IMG/VR virus record: IMGVR_UViG_3300031787_000001
Span: 222,786 to 286,785 of that record
Direction: 5' to 3' (one strand)
DNA: 64,000 nucleotides
The notes under the pieces are model-generated. The model was not told the DNA's origin and made no database searches. It worked only from the letters and a program-made list of their open reading frames with translations. The first letter of the stretch is position 1, and each line of letters starts with the position of its first letter. Positions 27,980 through 41,100 of this stretch are shown here, in pieces. The position numbers were made by a program, and so were the translations under genes.

Positions 27980-30067
27980 TTACATTCCCGTACATTGGTT
28001 TAATCCATAAATTTTGTAATTATTCGTACCAATAGTAATTATTTGTGGATTTGTTGTTAATCCAATTCCATTTACAGCCAAATTAATTACTCTTAAACTA
28101 GCAACACCGATTTCACTAACACCTGTACTATCAGTCGCCGATGTGTTTCCGGCAGGTAATAATAAACTAGGTAAGGTCGCGTTTCCACTTACAAATGTTG
28201 TACACGTCGGATCACTAAATCTTCTAATGACAAAATCGAAATCTAATAAATCTAAAGTCGTCCCCGCAATCACATTGACTGTTCCATTAATAAATCCAGA
28301 ACCATCACTTTCACCAAATGCAACAATTTCAGCGGTTATTCCGGTTGGTGTTGGTGTACTAGTTGGTGTTGGTGTACTAGTTGGTGTAGGTGTACTAGTA
28401 GGAGTTGGAGTGCTAGTCGATGTAGGTGTTGGTGTACTAGTAGGAGTTGGTGTACTAGTTGGTGTTGGTGTTACGATGGGTAGTGAACTGCAAAGTGACA
28501 AATTAAATCCTAAGTTATTTAGTGAGTTAATTATCAGATCTGCATAATATGATGGTGTTGACGCCGCCAAAGTATTTAATTCATAATTAATGTTATTTCT
28601 TCCAGATAAACCATATGTTGATCCAGTATATAGTGTTGATAAGGATGTATCACCACTAACAGCCTGAATAAATGAACCATACTCGGTACTTCCAATAACC
28701 CTAAATATGGTTGCAAAATATCTCCCAAATGGTAATTGATTTAATGTACTGGTTAAAGCAACCATATCTGTATCATACTGAGGTGTTCTGGCGGTTTCCC
28801 ATGATGAGACACCCCATTCTGCACCGTATGGACTATTTTCATCCGAAAAAACTAAATTAATAACAGTGGTTATTGATGGTGAACTACCTGTATTATTCAT
28901 CCATTGGAATATTCGTTCGTCACTAATTGATGTGATACTAACTCTTTGATCATATAAGACAGAATCATTATTAAAATAAGGTAATAAACATGGTTTTAAT
29001 ATTCCACTGTTCATATTGATTAATGGAGATAATGTTGAATTCATCGATCCGGATGAATCAAAATAAATATTTATTTCCGTATTTTCATCTATTTCTGGTA
29101 TGGTCAATTCATAAGTAAAATCACAAGGTAATGTTGTTCCTGTTACTTGAATATCACATGATGGTGGACATTCCTCAAATCTACTTGAAAAAATATCACC
29201 AACATTGGATGTGATTGCAGACCACATATACGTTGGTGGATTACTTACAGGATAATCAACATCATATGATAAAATAGAATGTAATGTACCATTACCAATA
29301 TCATCTCTTACTTCCCATCTATTATTAGATTCATTCCAAAATACATAATAATCATCACAACATATTTGATAATATGGTCTTTCATTGTAAACACCCATTG
29401 GATAATATAGTGTTGTATTATATTCTGTATCTGAACTATAACATAAATGATTAAAGCATACGGGGCATCCAATAAAAACAACCCTTACTTGAAATCCACC
29501 TTGTTTTTTTGGATCAGTTAATGTATTATTTTTTATACTACCGTCCCCATGTTCAAGAAAAATATAAACAGGTTTGTGTGTTGGACTAAAATTTTTAAAT
29601 TCATAAATAAACCCAGTAGATGGATTTGTTGTTGCCGTTGTTACAAATGTTGAAGCCGAAATTTCATATGTGAAACCTGTATATATACGATAACTATTTG
29701 GTACACCGTTAACGACAGATGAATGATTACCAAAATTTGTTGCACCTGAAACCAAATCATATATTGTAACACTACTATTAGTACAACTACCTGTGGTACT
29801 AACATCAAGATAAAAATCTACAGTATCATAACATTCATAAACCTTACTATCATTAGTATATATTGTAGTTATTGTTGATGTACCATCAACAATATCCGTT
29901 ACTTTTATAAAGTACCTCGTATCAAATTCCAAATTTGTTATAACAACAGATGATGTTAGGCTTGGAAATGCCCCAAAAAACACATATGAACTTGATGACC
30001 CTCCACTATATTCTACAATAAAGTTATGTGGTATTTGTAAATTATATAACCTAACATTTAAACCCAT
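27980..30067 (-). CDS. Modular virion protein (FN3-like, VWA-like, Pro-Thr linker)
   Basis: ITNLEFDTRYFIKV (FN3-like), IYFDSSGSM MIDAS motif with LVFSDE, TPTPTS repeat. Confidence 0.7.
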   Translation of the reverse strand: MGLNVRLYNLQIPHNFIVEYSGGSSSSYVFFGAFPSLTSSVVITNLEFDTRYFIKVTDIVDGTSTITTIYTNDSKVYECYDTVDFYLDVSTTGSCTNSSVTIYDLVSGATNFGNHSSVVNGVPNSYRIYTGFTYEISASTFVTTATTNPSTGFIYEFKNFSPTHKPVYIFLEHGDGSIKNNTLTDPKKQGGFQVRVVFIGCPVCFNHLCYSSDTEYNTTLYYPMGVYNERPYYQICCDDYYVFWNESNNRWEVRDDIGNGTLHSILSYDVDYPVSNPPTYMWSAITSNVGDIFSSRFEECPPSCDIQVTGTTLPCDFTYELTIPEIDENTEINIYFDSSGSMNSTLSPLINMNSGILKPCLLPYFNNDSVLYDQRVSITSISDERIFQWMNNTGSSPSITTVINLVFSDENSPYGAEWGVSSWETARTPQYDTDMVALTSTLNQLPFGRYFATIFRVIGSTEYGSFIQAVSGDTSLSTLYTGSTYGLSGRNNINYELNTLAASTPSYYADLIINSLNNLGFNLSLCSSLPIVTPTPTSTPTPTSTPTPTSTSTPTPTSTPTPTSTPTPTSTPTPTGITAEIVAFGESDGSGFINGTVNVIAGTTLDLLDFDFVIRRFSDPTCTTFVSGNATLPSLLLPAGNTSATDSTGVSEIGVASLRVINLAVNGIGLTTNPQIITIGTNNYKIYGLNQCTGM
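28343..28473. repeat. Pro-Thr linker tandem repeat
   Basis: Imperfect ~18-bp units encoding TPTPTS. Confidence 0.85.
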
Positions 30068-30107
30068 GATATAATAAATATAAATTGTTTATTTTTAATA
30101 ATAAAGT

Positions 30108-30773
30108 TTATGGAACCGCAGCACTTGATGTTAATCCTACTGCTTCGGCATATTTTAACCAAGTTTCAACTCCTGCAAATTTTTCATTTTGACAATCATA
30201 TATCATTCCTTTATCAAGTAATTTTAATAAAAATAATCCTCTAAAATTTTCACTTTTGGTATCCAGATAATCAAGTAAACATTTTATAGAAATATTACCT
30301 AATAATACTACACCTTTATCTAAAATCACTTTAGTGGTATTATATCCAAATTCAGAAATAATTCTATTTAATACTGTATTAAAATCTAAATATGGGCAAT
30401 CATTTACTATATTTATACAATTCTGAAATGGTGGATCTCCCGTTGCACCTAAAGAATTTAAAAGTATGTCATAAGAATTAATATTACCATAAGCACTAAT
30501 ACAACAAGTTAAACCACTTACTGGACATGTACCATCATATGTTAAACTAACCGCTTCCGCATATTTCAAAAAAGTTTCAATCGACGCAAATACTGTGGTA
30601 CCCGATAGATCACATTCATCACAACATATAGTTTGAGTATATGCTGATGTAGAAAATCCTTCATCTAATAATTCATCCCAAGTACTTAAAACATCATCAT
30701 CGGTAGGTGATGGTGAATTATCTTCACAATAATTTATCAAAAATTCAAGAATATTATATTTTCTATTACTCAT
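30108..30773 (-). CDS. Cys-rich hypothetical virion protein
   Basis: Internal repeat ET(F/W)LKYAEAV; CCDEC and TCC; related to the C-terminal part of the next gene. Confidence 0.65.
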   Translation of the reverse strand: MSNRKYNILEFLINYCEDNSPSPTDDDVLSTWDELLDEGFSTSAYTQTICCDECDLSGTTVFASIETFLKYAEAVSLTYDGTCPVSGLTCCISAYGNINSYDILLNSLGATGDPPFQNCINIVNDCPYLDFNTVLNRIISEFGYNTTKVILDKGVVLLGNISIKCLLDYLDTKSENFRGLFLLKLLDKGMIYDCQNEKFAGVETWLKYAEAVGLTSSAAVP

Positions 30774-30785
30774 ATATAATTATTT

Positions 30786-31748
30786 TTAAGGTATAATAGG
30801 GCTGGGTGGTGGTGTTGTTAAGTCTTCAATTGTTTTATTAAATCCTCCATGATCACCCATTCTATAATCACGACCATGACATAAAAAGAAAATACCACTA
30901 CTCATCCAATCTTGGATTGTATCTCCAATCGTATTAATTCCGTCATAATTATTTATGGTGTTACCGGTATAAAAATTTATTAAGTTATCTAATCCGGTTG
31001 AATTTCCGATTGTACCCACTTCAAAAATTCCAATCTCAATTAAACTACTAAATTTAGTTGGATCTAGAGTTTTTAACAATTGAATTTTTTCTTTAAATCC
31101 ATTGTTACATGAAGAATATTTGTATACCACACCATCTATTTCTTCATCAGGTGGAATTGCATTTGATATCCCGACAGTGGGAATGTAATCCAATAAATAT
31201 GTTTGTGCCGACATAGCGTAGTTTATACAACAACCTGTTAAGGCATTTATATACGTTTTATCATTTGGAACTGAAGCAGTCTCAAACATTGATAGGTACG
31301 TGTAAGTGTTACCTATATAATAAAAATCATTACATGGTGGACAAATTAGACATGATTGTGATTGACCCAAACCATTACTTAAAAATACATCGGTAAGCCA
31401 ATCTATCGGATTTGTTAAACTTGGTTCTAGTGATGGATTTTCATCTAATTCGATTATTGATTTTAATGTCAAATCAAAAATAAAATCAAATGGATTTATT
31501 GGTTGGCAATATTCAATGTCATGTGCCTTAACTTTAATTAATATATTTCCACATTCTTCACACGAAAGTTTTAGAAAATAATGTTGTAAAGTATTCGATC
31601 CGAGTACTAAATCTGTTATTTCAAAAGTATGTTCAAATGAATTTGTAACATTGGTTGCAATCAAATTAACCGTTGTACTTGATGTTAATCCGGAGTATAT
31701 ATCGAACGCTTGTCCTGTTGGTACTAAATTTATTGTTGTTTTAAACAT
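30786..31748 (-). CDS. Cys-rich hypothetical virion protein
   Basis: CLICPPC and GCCIN; similar architecture to the 221-aa neighbour. Confidence 0.65.
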   Translation of the reverse strand: MFKTTINLVPTGQAFDIYSGLTSSTTVNLIATNVTNSFEHTFEITDLVLGSNTLQHYFLKLSCEECGNILIKVKAHDIEYCQPINPFDFIFDLTLKSIIELDENPSLEPSLTNPIDWLTDVFLSNGLGQSQSCLICPPCNDFYYIGNTYTYLSMFETASVPNDKTYINALTGCCINYAMSAQTYLLDYIPTVGISNAIPPDEEIDGVVYKYSSCNNGFKEKIQLLKTLDPTKFSSLIEIGIFEVGTIGNSTGLDNLINFYTGNTINNYDGINTIGDTIQDWMSSGIFFLCHGRDYRMGDHGGFNKTIEDLTTPPPSPIIP

Positions 31749-31766
31749 ATCATATTTTTTATTTTA

Positions 31767-32714
31767 TTAACAAGTACCTCCACTGTAATTAATATTACAT
31801 GGTATACCTGTTGTATATATTTGTAAATCAGAAAATGAGAATAATGTTGTTGGCCAAGTTTTACTACATACCAATGTCTCTGATGGTGATCCAAAAGTAC
31901 CTGATGGTATAACAACATCTTGAGATGTGTCATCACAACAATCTGTTATTGTAACAATTTTTGTTGATCCTGCGTTATATATCCTGAAAGATCTACATTC
32001 ACTTGAACAATCAAAAGTGGGTATTGATGGTTGTGAATTATAAATAATCTGTGCACTTCCAGTAAGATCATAAACTCTATTATTACTTACCCATCTACCA
32101 ATTGATTGTGTTGATGTGACATAATTCGTACATAAACACAATGGATAAAATAAAGCATCACAAGGATTACTTGGGTCTCCACAAAGAACAAGTGGATTTG
32201 AATAATTCACTGGTATACCTAAAGATGATGAATTTATTAATAGTTGTTGATTATTAGATATGGCCCCTGATGGTATACATACGTTACCCTCAATAAAAAC
32301 GGCATTATTTAACCATGGTAACCCATTCCCTGTACCTAAAGATGCGGTATTAGAAAGAAGTAACCCAACTTGACCACATTCAAATGATGATGGACAATTA
32401 ACAGATGGTACAACCGGTGGTGGTGGTGTTATTGTTGGTGTACTAGTAGGTGTCGGTGTTGCCGTAGGTGTTGGTGTACTGGTGGGGGTTGGTGTTGATG
32501 TTGGTACAGGTAAATTATTGGGTATTTCTAATGTACATTGTTTTTCAATACTAGAAAAATATATAACATACGTACCAAACACATAATTACTAATATATGT
32601 GTACGGTAATACTTGTGATCCTAAATTAAAAGTACCGCCAGTATCGGGGAAAAAAGTTATTTCTCCTGTTTCCCCCTCATAATTTTGTGTTTTTATTATT
32701 ATTTCTTGTATCAT
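31767..32714 (-). CDS. Modular virion protein with Pro-Thr linker
   Basis: N-domain NY.G....ITF.PDTGGTFNLGS.V.PY shared with the 779-aa gene. Confidence 0.7.
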   Translation of the reverse strand: MIQEIIIKTQNYEGETGEITFFPDTGGTFNLGSQVLPYTYISNYVFGTYVIYFSSIEKQCTLEIPNNLPVPTSTPTPTSTPTPTATPTPTSTPTITPPPPVVPSVNCPSSFECGQVGLLLSNTASLGTGNGLPWLNNAVFIEGNVCIPSGAISNNQQLLINSSSLGIPVNYSNPLVLCGDPSNPCDALFYPLCLCTNYVTSTQSIGRWVSNNRVYDLTGSAQIIYNSQPSIPTFDCSSECRSFRIYNAGSTKIVTITDCCDDTSQDVVIPSGTFGSPSETLVCSKTWPTTLFSFSDLQIYTTGIPCNINYSGGTC

Positions 32715-32743
32715 CTTTTATTAAATACCTAAAATTATTTTTT

Positions 32744-35083
32744 TTATGGACAACTAAAAGTATTTAATATCACACCACCACTATCAACTTGTATTGCTAA
32801 TCGTGATGTTCCAGAACAAAAAGTTGTCGAATTAACAATAACTATCCAATTTCCACCACCATCAGACGGAGCGGTTAATCCCGGGTCATCATACATTATC
32901 ATACCAGCACTAAATACAGGTATGTCTCTATAAAAAGCTCTTGCACATGTTGATCCCGCAGCACAAGCCAATCCCGATGTGGAATAAGTACTCACATTTC
33001 CGGCGAACACATATGAACTTGGTGGTGTACTACTAACCGTAGGAGTTGAGGTACTAGTTGGTGTTGGTGTACTAGTAGGAGTTGGTGTACTAGTTGATGT
33101 AGGTGTTGGTGTTGCAGTAGGAGTTGGAGTACTAGTCGATGTAGGTGTTGGTGTTGCAGTAGGAGTTGGAGTACTAGTCGATGTAGGTGTTGGTGTTGGT
33201 ATTATAAATGATCCACACTGTTGTAATATACCAGATGATCCCGAATATATTACACCTATAGTGTAAGTGTCGGATGGTAATCCCGAAAAAGTGTCATGGA
33301 AATAATTCGTATTAAAAGGTGAACTATATACATCTTGATCGATAATTGTTCCTGATGAATTTAATGCACATACAATTATTTGTGTTATTGATGGATTATT
33401 TTTTACAGAATTTTCAATACCAACTTCATAACCAAACTCTGTTGAATTTATATCACTTTGTATTGTAAAAGGACAATTTAATGTATATGTTATTGGGCAA
33501 CCTGAAGTTGGGTCCACACTAAAAAATGGTGCAACATAGTCGGGATCACCAACTGTATTATTTTTAATTTCACCTGTTGGGGTATTTGTGTTTATGTCAT
33601 ATTTTTCAAGTGTGTCAACTATTACATCACCCGTGTTTTCCAATCCGGTAACCGCGTTATTGTAAAAAACAACACTACCTTCACTTCTGTCTACTATTAC
33701 TCCTCCCCAACCTACTGTGGGACCAGGACTTACTGACATTAAACTATTTGTCCCGTATTCATTTGTAACTTGTTCAATACCGGATAGATAATAATTAGGT
33801 ATCAATCTTTTTATTTCATATGTGTCTCTATCAATTTCATAAGTTTGATATATTACAGTTGCATCTCCATTCACATTATTAATTAATTGAGTTGCTATGT
33901 ATAACTTACCGCTAACGGGATCTAAATTAAAAGTATAAACACCAACATCTTTACCTTGTAATCTTTTATTAAAAATAATTGTTGTTACAATTGTTGCTCC
34001 CGTATTTGTTGAATTTGGATTTAAAACCCACATTCTTCTTCCACCAATATCACTTACATAAACTTTGTTTTTTTCTATGTCATAAAATAGATATTGCCAA
34101 TATCTACCAGATCCACCGGGAACTGAGGTAGATGATCCTGGTAATGTTATATAGGTTATAAAATTGAAATTATCATCAAAAACACCGATATTACCAACTG
34201 TACCTGAACCCGAAGTTGACGTTACCCATAAATATGTTTGAGAGATCCCTGTACCAATTTCACGTGCAGTTGGTGCCCCTCCAACAAAATAAGTGTTTAG
34301 TTGAGTATTTCTTGGTATTATTGTTTTTGGTAAAGAAGGATTTTCTCTATTTATTCTTATTAAATCACCTGTTGGTGTTATTCCTGAAAGTGAACCGCCT
34401 CTAATGTCACCATATATAAAATTTTCTGAAACGTAAAGAAAATTTCTTTCGAATATATTATCACTACCGTATGATATTTGTGTTATGGTGTTTCCGGTTG
34501 TGTCATAAATGATCATTCCTGTTATAATAGTATCAGTTGGTAACGTATTAAGTGGCGTTTGATTTGTACCTGTAAAATATATTCTCTTGTATGTTTTATC
34601 AAAAGTGCTAATATACAATGCAGGTGCTCTCAACCAACTTACATCACCAGTTGCACCAGTGATAAATGTTACATTTGATACGGATGTAGATGCTGTGGTT
34701 GGTGTAAACCAATATATATTACCCCTAAGATTGTCATCCGCGTCTGCAACCCAAACTCTATTTGTATCATCGTCATACCAAACATAAGATGGTGATGATA
34801 TACCAGATAGTGAATTAGTGATTAAAAAGTTTGCACTTTGTTCACATGTGAAATCTAAAATTCTCCAAGCAAGTTCGGGTGACGTATCTATTAAAGTTGA
34901 CGAACATGTTATACCAAAACCAGAAAAATATAAAAAATATGTACCATAGGGATACGTTGACTCATATTGATAAGGTATAACATGTGAACCTAAATTAAAT
35001 GTTCCGCCGGTATCTGGATTAAATGTTATCTCCGCAACTTGGCCATTATAATTTTCACTTGTTAATGTAACATTATATTTCAT
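32744..35083 (-). CDS. Modular virion protein (beta-propeller-like, Pro-Thr linker)
   Basis: Shared N-domain; propeller-type blades (YDDDTNRVWVAD, YDIEKNKVYVSD, LDPVSGKLYIA); PT repeat. Confidence 0.7.
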   Translation of the reverse strand: MKYNVTLTSENYNGQVAEITFNPDTGGTFNLGSHVIPYQYESTYPYGTYFLYFSGFGITCSSTLIDTSPELAWRILDFTCEQSANFLITNSLSGISSPSYVWYDDDTNRVWVADADDNLRGNIYWFTPTTASTSVSNVTFITGATGDVSWLRAPALYISTFDKTYKRIYFTGTNQTPLNTLPTDTIITGMIIYDTTGNTITQISYGSDNIFERNFLYVSENFIYGDIRGGSLSGITPTGDLIRINRENPSLPKTIIPRNTQLNTYFVGGAPTAREIGTGISQTYLWVTSTSGSGTVGNIGVFDDNFNFITYITLPGSSTSVPGGSGRYWQYLFYDIEKNKVYVSDIGGRRMWVLNPNSTNTGATIVTTIIFNKRLQGKDVGVYTFNLDPVSGKLYIATQLINNVNGDATVIYQTYEIDRDTYEIKRLIPNYYLSGIEQVTNEYGTNSLMSVSPGPTVGWGGVIVDRSEGSVVFYNNAVTGLENTGDVIVDTLEKYDINTNTPTGEIKNNTVGDPDYVAPFFSVDPTSGCPITYTLNCPFTIQSDINSTEFGYEVGIENSVKNNPSITQIIVCALNSSGTIIDQDVYSSPFNTNYFHDTFSGLPSDTYTIGVIYSGSSGILQQCGSFIIPTPTPTSTSTPTPTATPTPTSTSTPTPTATPTPTSTSTPTPTSTPTPTSTSTPTVSSTPPSSYVFAGNVSTYSTSGLACAAGSTCARAFYRDIPVFSAGMIMYDDPGLTAPSDGGGNWIVIVNSTTFCSGTSRLAIQVDSGGVILNTFSCP
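33020..33200. repeat. Pro-Thr linker tandem repeat
   Basis: Repeated gtactag/gttggtgt units, including an exact ~42-bp duplicated unit. Confidence 0.85.
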
Positions 35084-35108
35084 TATACCTAAATATATTT
35101 TTTTTAAT

Positions 35109-38100
35109 TTATGTTGTAAAGTTTAAACATATTTCATAATATGAACCGAGGTGGAACAACGGATCATCAGTTGTAAAATCAATAAACAATGTGTGTGTTG
35201 TTCCTGCCGATAAGAAATATGGTCCAGGTACAATGATATTCTGAATAACAGGACCCATTGTACATCCTTGATTCAAGTCTTGTGATGTTGCAGATGCTAA
35301 CAATGTTCCATCAAGATAGAAAGCTATGTTTTCATAACCCGTATCTTGTAATTCGGCTAAACCACTAAAACTTAAGTGTAAATAAGTATCAACCGGACCT
35401 ACTGTTATTGTTGCAGTTGCGGTACCATTTTGTGTTATATCACACGTACCACCACAGTTTAATGAATCCGCAATATTAAATCTAACACATAAATTATTTG
35501 GTGATACTACCCACTCAGCCGTTTCGCAACCCGTGACTCCTGACGTATTCTTAGTTGTTGTCCATATTAAACCAGATACAGGTAATGTTCCTGTTGGCGT
35601 AGATGTACTAGTAGGTGTTGGTGTAGATGTACTAGTAGGTGTTGGCGTACTAGTAGAAGTAGGTGTTGGTGTAGATGTACTAGTAGGTGTTGGCGTACTA
35701 GTAGGTGTTGGCGTACTAGTAGAAGTAGGTGTTGGCGTACTAGTTTCAGTTGGTGTTGGTGAAGGTGTTGGGGTTGGAGTTGCGGTAGGTGTTGGTGTGG
35801 GTGCTAATTGTAACTCAGCGGTACAACACTCTGGTATTTGTGATGCACCGTAAACCACTAATGACGGAATTGTTTGTATTAATGTTGGTGTATGTGGATA
35901 TGTTAAAGGTATATTATATATTTTACCATCCACGTTCGCAACATATAATGAACCATTATCTTGGAATATTCCATATGGTGTTGTGGCAGTTGTATTTAAA
36001 TCTGAACTTGTTTCAAATAAACCTGTATTATAATCATATTGAACTAAAAATACACCACCTAATTTTGTTATTGTTATTAAAATTTTATTATTTGTAGTAA
36101 ACATTATATCTCCGGCAATTGACTCAGTTGGTAGTAATGAAAATATTACATTTACCGTAGCCACAGAATTACTTACGTCTATTTCTATGATTTCCCACAA
36201 ACCAGATATACCATTGTATGATGATGACAATAATTTAGTATCATTTATTGCACATAATCCAGCACCAATATTTATTCCACTTGGTAAAGATACAATCCTA
36301 TTAAATGTTGTCGACCAAGGATTAGTACTTATATCCCATTCATATATAAAGGAATTATATAACCACATCTTATTTAATGTGTGAGCAATATCTGCGGAAA
36401 ATATAAATGTACCTAAATTGGTTTTAGTGTTTGAAGAATAATCATAATAATAAACATCATTAGAATCATCATTAATTAAAACACTACATTCAGGTAATAT
36501 TAGATTTGATGGTATTGAACATTCACCTACTGATGAGATTCCAGATAATGGTAATGTGGAACTCGTGTTACCAGTCCAAATGTATGTATCATTAGAAACA
36601 GGATATTCACTATTGTTACCTAAGTAACCATATATTTGACCGCCAACTGTATTTGTGAAAAGGTCATAAGTTTCCCTATGTTCCCATATAGTTGTACCAC
36701 TATTCCAAACAACATATGTAATAAAACCAGGAATAGAAAGACTAATTAACATATAATTAATTTTACCATCATAATATGTGTAAGATTGTCCACTAAAAAT
36801 AAAATTAGAACTGTTTCCGGAAGTTAAATAAAAGCATAATTCAGGTAAACAATCATTTAACTGTGAATTTACTAAACCAAATTGATCTTCAATACGAATC
36901 CAATTTTCTGTCGGTTCATTTGTTGGTGTGTCAAGGTTAACATTTAAATAACTTAAAACACCATATACAGTATCGGGTATTTTGTTTACAACATCATAAT
37001 TAGAATAGTTTTCCCATCTTGTTGTACCACTATTCCAAACAACAACACCGAATGGATAAGTCATGCCTGTTCCTGTATTTGTGTAACCTAAACTATAGTA
37101 GTACTTACCATCATGGTATCCTGCAGGGTATCTAAGATTAACATTAGATCCCATATTACCAAAAGTTTCACCAGGGTCGTATGTAAAACATACTTGTGGT
37201 GGACAATCATTTACTGTTGTAATGTACGCTCCAAGTTCAGGATTATAATCATAAACCCATTGATATTGTGAACTACTAATTGGTGTGTTTCCACTATAAT
37301 TTAAATACGAATATAATGTTCCTGATGTTCCGACATTTACGTCAAAGTTTTCCCAATTTTCCCATCTAGTTGTGCCACTGTTCCATATCAAATAATATGG
37401 GAAATTTACATCAGTAGATTTATAATAATTTCTATTGTTATACACACCAAATATTTCGTAGATATATGAAGTATATTGTGTTGTTGATGAGTATGTTCCT
37501 ATTAAACAAATGTCACTACATATTTCATCACTACAATCATCCGGTAATTGTTGTGTTGGTGGTATACAATTTCCACTAATTGAATTTATTATTTGGTAAC
37601 TTGCAGATGGTAAATCAATAATATTCCAAGAATATGATCCTTCAACGATTGGTAAATTTGGATTTTCATTATATTGGTACAATGTACCTGAATTTAATGA
37701 TGATCTATATTCCCATCTATTATTATTTATCGACCAAGAAACATAATAAACAAACGTATCGTTTTTAGGACTAAAAATATATGATGGTTTTTCATTAACG
37801 ATAACCCCCGGACTAACTGTTACAAATTCAGGGTTAGAAAACGCTTCGGCAGCAATTTCAAAACATATAGTTGGTTCGGTAAAATATTCTGTAGGGCAAT
37901 CTTCAATATCACTATAGAATTGTTGTGGACAATCTTCTATTAAATTAGAAACATGTGTTTGATATTTGTGTTGTAGTAATACTTGATGACTATCGTTACC
38001 ATTAAATATTATTAAATCTTCACCGACAGGTACATCTCTACCAGAAGTTTCAAAATTAAAATTATAATACATATTTGGTTCACAGTAATCAAGATCTACC

Positions 38101-41100
38101 GCAATAACCTCAATAGGAAAACCATCGACATTCAATAAGAAATCACCATAATTTTCATAATAATCTTTTGGATATGGACAACATGGTTCTGGTGGTGTTT
38201 CTCCGGGTAATTGTAAATGTTCAGGTATTCTCTCATCAAGGAAATAATCTGTTTTAGTTACAATACCTCCATCAACTATTTTGTTTGTATATACTCTTAA
38301 TTTTGTTGTTGGTAAAACTTCAATAACTGTTGTTGTATTATTTACTGTTCTTCCCGTTATTAAACTTTTCTTAACAGATCCAAGACATTCTATACTTTTT
38401 ACTTCATTATAATCATATTGAAAAGTAAAGGCATATCCATATAGATAAGCAAGTTTAAAATCTTGATATGAGAAATTACATGGTTTATATGTTGCGGTTA
38501 ATAAAATATCACCAACAACAACGTCCTCAACATTTGTTATTTCAATATCACCAAAATTAATATAATGTACTATTGCGTTGTAATCTATTGTACCGTTTTC
38601 TATTTGAATTATTGGAAACTGTCCAACAATTTTTAAAACTTTACTATCAGACAATAATCCATAATCATAAGATGGTTCATATTTTAATCTTGGTACGAAT
38701 ATACAGTCAATAAAATTATCACAAAATGTGACCGCTGTTTGTGAAGAAATTAATGTTTCACCACTACAAGGTAGTGAACATCCACTCATATATGTATTGA
38801 TAACAAATTGTTGATAATATTCTTTAGACTCATTATGTTCATATTTTTTCTGAAATCCGTCTATTGATATTTTTGTCTCACAATTAGCAGCATCTAAAAA
38901 ATTTAATTCTATTTTTTTACTAAGAGAAGCACCTGATATAGATATTTTACAATTATCAACTTCACCAAATTTAATTCCTGTACTTGTTGTTCCAGTTTTA
39001 CCTGTGATAAACATACAATCAGAGTGGTAATAAGTAGAAGAACCAAAACCACCTTTTTGTATACCAACATTATTTTTAAGTACAATATCTAAATCAATAA
39101 TAGGACAATAGTCTGTTTGACACTCTGTTGTATTTACATTAATATCTAAATCATTATTACATATTGGATTTATTGGTGTATATTCAGTGTCAAATCTATA
39201 TATAAAATAATCTTCAACAGAACAATCATTAAAATCATATTTTATTGATGTGAATCTAACTTTTTCTTTACCGTCAATATCGGTGAAAAATTCAAAAGTT
39301 AACTTTGGTTTATATTCCCATGTGTATGTTGAATTAGGTTGTTGTAGAAAAGGTTCGTAATTTTCATATCCCGCAGTATATCCCGTTGTAAATTTATTTA
39401 CAACATTTTCAACCAACCCAGATAATGCAACCACCCAAAGTTCTTTTATTTTATCGACATCGGGATCTACAAATTCTTTATAGTCACATATCAAAGGCAA
39501 TGCCGTTGTACCGCTATCAGGTAAAATTGTACAACCAGTCATTGGCATTGGATTAAATAATTTAGCACTGTTACTTGTATTTGTTGTCCCACTAACAAGT
39601 ACACAATAAGGGTGTCCAGAAAACACATATCCATCAATTTCTATTATTGGACAATATGTTACCCCTGTTATATTGATTAATCCTCTAAAATTTTCTTCTT
39701 CACCTAATATTGTTTCTAAATCTTCATTTATCGCATCACCAAAATTTGGGTATAAATTCTCAACTATTGTTTTTGGTTGACATCCTAAATTATATTTATA
39801 TTTTGGTCTACCAAAAAAGTTATTATCTATTAAATTACCTCCTGTCCATAATGTAGTTGCGGGAATTACTTGATCAAGTATTTGCATCCAATATGGACTC
39901 ATTCGTTGTATAAACTCATGTGAATCAATATAATTATAAGAAGTAAAACCAGTGCTAGTGAAATAAGATGTGTAAACATCCTCGAGTGCAATGTAATTTT
40001 TCTTATATCTTATAACGTGGGAATTTTTTAATTGGGAATGTAATGTCTTTTCTAAAAATTCCGCAAATGTGACACCTGTTTGTGGATATAATGTATTTGA
40101 ACCGAATGTTAATAATAAATCTCTAGATTTTCTCCAAATATCATAATCGATCGCCCTACTTGGTGATAAGTAGACTTCAATATTTTTTCTATTTAAAACA
40201 TAAGATGAATTTCCATCATAGAAACTGGCCTTAACGTTATCTATTTCAGAATCCAAACCATATCCAGTATCTAATCCTGGTAATGTTCTAAAAACGTCAA
40301 AATATTCTTCACCATAAGAATATGGTTTTGCCTTTGTTTTAATCGTTTTTGTTCTACCTGTTAAAATAGAATTTTCTTCATCAAGTATATCGGGTGTTCT
40401 ATGTTTTAAAGTCATATCATACCATCCCGAACCTTTCTGAAAAAATATATCACTTATTGGATCAAATGCTCTTCTAGGTAATCCGGTTTTTTCATCAACA
40501 GGATAACCCTCTCTATTAAATGTTGTTAATCCTTGTTCTATATTTTTTGTATAAAGATATGTTGTTGGTGAAAATAATGCTGTCGTTAAAAATTTACTTC
40601 TTTGTAAAACATCATAGATATCATTTTCGAGGTCACTAGAATTTGGCATTGATGTGACTCTGTAAATATATTCATCAATTCTTATTAAAGGTTCAGGTGC
40701 ACCCAAAAATCTTAGAAAGAAATGTATCGATGATCTAGTTCCTTTTGATTTATATAGATAGGCTAAATTAACTAATAGTCTTCTATAGAATTCATATTCG
40801 GCTTCAATTAAATTTTTACCAATACTTTGTGATGAATAGTTAGATCTACTTCTACTATACAATGCACTATCTAATGTATCTTCATCAAATAAACTAACAG
40901 TGGTCAAACCTAAATTTTCCGCTAAATTCTTAAGTAGAATATCGGGTAAATTATTTATACCATCATAACTTACATTTCTCATGTAAGCGATGTTGTCTAT
41001 ATATTTCTTTATTTTATCAAAACTTTGTCCATATAATTGAAAAACACTTTCTGCCTTTTTTTCATCAGAATCAAACTCATACAATTGGGGTGATGTTAAA

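Noticed and set aside
28343-35803. Tandem repeats as a possible CRISPR array
   Set aside because: Units are in-frame, degenerate at third codon positions, encode Pro-Thr linkers and have no unique spacers
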